Positions 24,913 to 24,926 of a stretch of DNA of 24,926 nt are shown piece by piece (within the stretch, counting starts at the first letter, position 1; every line of letters begins with the position of its first letter). The position numbers and the translations under genes were made by a program. The notes below the pieces were generated by a model. That model worked only from the letters and a program-made list of their open reading frames with translations, was not told the origin of the DNA and searched no databases. Source of the stretch: Thermoanaerobaculaceae bacterium (GTDB lineage: Bacteria; Acidobacteriota; UBA4820); assembly GCA_012798145.1 (NCBI GenBank), contig JAAZNT010000333.1, forward strand, positions 1 through 24,926. Direction: 5' to 3'.

Positions 24913-24926
24913 GGGGGGGGGGGGGG
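24913..24926 (+). other. Terminal poly-G run, probable sequencing or assembly artefact
   Basis: 14 consecutive G at the very end of the window, where the start codon of the RHS gene is expected. Confidence 0.7.

Noticed and set aside
1-24926. Genome-wide amber (TAG) reassignment
   Set aside because: TAG terminates nfo, the methyltransferase, the BatD-like gene and the M24 peptidase at their expected C-termini.
14574-24926. Intact integrase-bearing genomic island or prophage at tRNA-Leu
   Set aside because: No integrase or phage genes are visible, and the tRNA-end duplicates are only ~100-140 bp from the tRNA. A distal att site outside the window cannot be excluded.

Overview
Bacterial window, AT-rich and probably a contig end because it finishes in a G run. 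The Oar-type TonB-dependent receptor and the style of the secreted YD protein suggest an Acidobacteriota-like host (inference only). Bases 1-14.6 kb are core genome: a 5'-truncated TonB-dependent receptor (+), a bidirectional terminator, a tightly overlapping 7-gene minus-strand operon (thioesterase, smc, BatD/BatE-like fusion, TPR protein, P-loop kinase, O-methyltransferase, nfo), a divergent M24 peptidase and tRNA-Leu(TAG). Bases 14.6-24.9 kb are accessory: tRNA-derived repeats, a mosaic of REP-like palindromes, an IS110 element and a giant secreted RHS/YD-adhesin gene split by one in-frame TAG. The best result is that the IS110 element can be decoded from sequence alone. Its upstream non-coding end folds into two guide loops matching the genomic target (AAGCAGT-CAT-TCYGA, the end of a REP palindrome) and its own circle junction (ATGGAA-CAT-CGTA). 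Circularisation also creates a TTGACA-N18-TATATT promoter. This is a bridge-RNA-type recombinase: the mechanism is known from IS621, but this guide/target specificity is read directly here.
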